Below are positions 4,813-6,463 of a DNA stretch of 6,463 nucleotides, piece after piece. Both the position numbers and the translations under genes were made by a program. Each line of letters begins with the position of its first letter. Positions within the stretch are counted from its first letter, which is position 1. The notes under the pieces were generated by a model. That model was not told where the DNA came from and searched no databases. It was given only the letters and a program-made list of their open reading frames with translations. Origin of the DNA: a virus (taxonomy: Duplodnaviria > Heunggongvirae > Uroviricota > Caudoviricetes); the IMG/VR virus record IMGVR_UViG_2740892046_000005. One strand, 5' to 3'.

Positions 4813-5979
4813 TTAAACCCCTTTGACAACGTCAGCGTTGACCTGTGGAACCCCGATTTCAGCGGCCAGATTCATGGCGGCTATCACCAGGTTACTGACG
4901 GCCAGCGGATACAGCAGGCTGACCATATTTTTACGATGACTTCCCGGATTGCTCAGGCGGGCACGTATGGCATCCACTGCGCTGGCGTCCATAATGTCCG
5001 TCAGTTGTTTACCGGCCCGTTGCAGTTTGAACGTCAGAAATTCTTCAAGGTTATTGTCCAGAGGCAGAAGTTCGACCACCTCACAACGCTGAACGACTTC
5101 ACGGACTTCCATATTGCGTTCAGACAGTTTTGTCGCCAGTTCCGGCTGGCCAATCAGCACGATGGACAGCAGTTTTTTGAAACCGGACTCCAGCTCAAAA
5201 AAGCGTTTGAGGTGTTTCAGTGTCGGAATGGGCAGACTGTGGGCCTCCTCAATCACCAAAACGTGGCTGAACCCCGCCTGGCTGCTGTCTTTCAGGACGC
5301 GATGCAACTGGCGAAAGCGGGCGTCCTGACTGCGTCTGATGCTTTCCAGTGGTGCGATGGTACTGATAATGGCTTCGGCAATCGCTGCTGCCTTCAGGGT
5401 TTTCCCTTTCACATCGTTGTCTTCCATAGCGATGATGTATGGCTCGATAACAATTACCGGCGCATTCTCGCGGTTGATACGTTCAGTCAGGTCGCGGCGC
5501 AGCGTGGATTTACCCGCACCGGACTCACCGATGACGGCCATAAACCCACCATGACGGGCTGTCTGGTACAACGCCTCACGCACGTAGCGAATGTCCGGGG
5601 TGGTGAACACATCATCAGAACCCTGCATGGCTTCATCGGCGAACGGGTCACGGAAAAGACCAAACGCTTTTTTGGTTGCTGGAAATAACACCTGTTTTTT
5701 GAGTAACATATTCTCTTCCTCACTGAGGCTCGTTTTATCTGTGGTACCCGCTGTACGGGGCGTGGCTGCGCCCTGTACAGCATCAAAACTCTTCGTTGTA
5801 TCAATCCCCTGACTTTCCAGCCAGGACGCAAGACGCCGGCGCACTTCTCCGGGGCTGGTGCGGGGCCACGCGTTATGATTCACAATCTGGGCCAGCGTGG
5901 CCTCAGAAACATCGACAGCTCTCGCCACCACCGCCTGTGGGATACGGGCCTCTTTCAGTTGCTGCTTCAGTACCAGCAT
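4813..5979 (-). CDS. B: Mu B-like DNA transposition ATPase (AAA+ with N-terminal HTH), 388 aa
   Basis: Preferred start is the ATG at 5979 with GAGGAGG 5 nt upstream. Walker A GESGAGKST and Walker B-like HVLVIEEAH; N-terminal HTH-like IPQAVVARAVDVSEATLAQIV. Lies directly downstream of the transposase-like gene as in Mu and Tni-type elements. Confidence 0.85.
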   Translation of the reverse strand: MLVLKQQLKEARIPQAVVARAVDVSEATLAQIVNHNAWPRTSPGEVRRRLASWLESQGIDTTKSFDAVQGAATPRTAGTTDKTSLSEEENMLLKKQVLFPATKKAFGLFRDPFADEAMQGSDDVFTTPDIRYVREALYQTARHGGFMAVIGESGAGKSTLRRDLTERINRENAPVIVIEPYIIAMEDNDVKGKTLKAAAIAEAIISTIAPLESIRRSQDARFRQLHRVLKDSSQAGFSHVLVIEEAHSLPIPTLKHLKRFFELESGFKKLLSIVLIGQPELATKLSERNMEVREVVQRCEVVELLPLDNNLEEFLTFKLQRAGKQLTDIMDASAVDAIRARLSNPGSHRKNMVSLLYPLAVSNLVIAAMNLAAEIGVPQVNADVVKGV

Positions 5980-5989
5980 GTTTTCCTCC

Positions 5990-6463
5990 TCAGTTGCCGT
6001 TAACAATGCTGATAACACTGCTGCGTGCCGGCGTGGTCAGCGTGGCCATGACTTCATCCAGTGCAGCTTCCGGTACGCCGTCCGGGTACTGTGCCGTTAA
6101 CTGGCGGTAATGTTCCGGCGTCCAGGTAAGGCCGTCGGCGCTGAACTTATCGCGCAGGGCTTTCGCGGCCTCCACATGAGTCATGGGACGTTGTTCAGTG
6201 CGCGGCCCGCGTACGTCAGAGGCCTGACCACGCTTCGGCATATAGGCCGGAAGTGTGGTGTCGTCGATATGTTTATACGGGTCAAGCCGCCCGCCGAACG
6301 GCAGCGCCTTCGCCTTGCGTGCGGCAGCTGCATCTGCGGCGTTGTCTGTACCGGTGACCAGCGCTTCGGTTTCTTTTGCCGCCATCTGCGCCGGGGTTTC
6401 CGGCAGGGCTTTGTAACTTTCGCCAAATACCGCCGCGCCTTCAGCAAAGCCAAACTCGTTCTT
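5990..6463 (-). CDS. C-terminal portion of a transposase A-like protein (5' end beyond the window)
   Basis: The frame is open from the window edge to the TGA at 5992..5990, and that stop sits inside the Shine-Dalgarno of the B-like gene. Assignment rests on synteny (A then B) in a Mu-like context, not on recognised motifs. Confidence 0.55.
   Translation of the reverse strand, partial: KNEFGFAEGAAVFGESYKALPETPAQMAAKETEALVTGTDNAADAAAARKAKALPFGGRLDPYKHIDDTTLPAYMPKRGQASDVRGPRTEQRPMTHVEAAKALRDKFSADGLTWTPEHYRQLTAQYPDGVPEAALDEVMATLTTPARSSVISIVNGN

Noticed and set aside
6181-6453. 90-aa Arg/Lys-rich minus-strand ORF
   Set aside because: Alternative frame within the transposase-like coding region; composition typical of an out-of-frame translation.
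1-6463. CRISPR arrays, rRNA or tRNA genes
   Set aside because: No regularly spaced direct repeats or RNA-gene-like sequence noticed on visual inspection of either strand.

Overview
The window reads as the early (transposition/host-takeover) region of a Mu-like transposable prophage, encoded almost entirely on the minus strand as one tightly packed operon. Running from high to low coordinates: the 3' end of a transposase A-like gene (cut by the window edge), a B-like AAA+ transposition ATPase, a small Cys/His protein, a Gam homologue, six short translationally coupled genes (zinc-ribbon, unknown, MazG-like, DUF2786-like, unknown, tiny membrane protein), a GemA-like gene and a Mor/C-family activator. 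Downstream of mor there is a clear hairpin plus T-tract terminator, then a lower-GC segment (1..~1180) holding a 211-aa membrane protein gene and a possible convergent small gene with its own promoter-like signal. The most interesting candidates for something undescribed are the coupled small-gene cassette between gam and gemA, and the membrane protein module after the terminator. All homology calls are from memory of family motifs and of Mu Gam/Mor; no database search or computation was run. No tRNA, rRNA or CRISPR array was seen.
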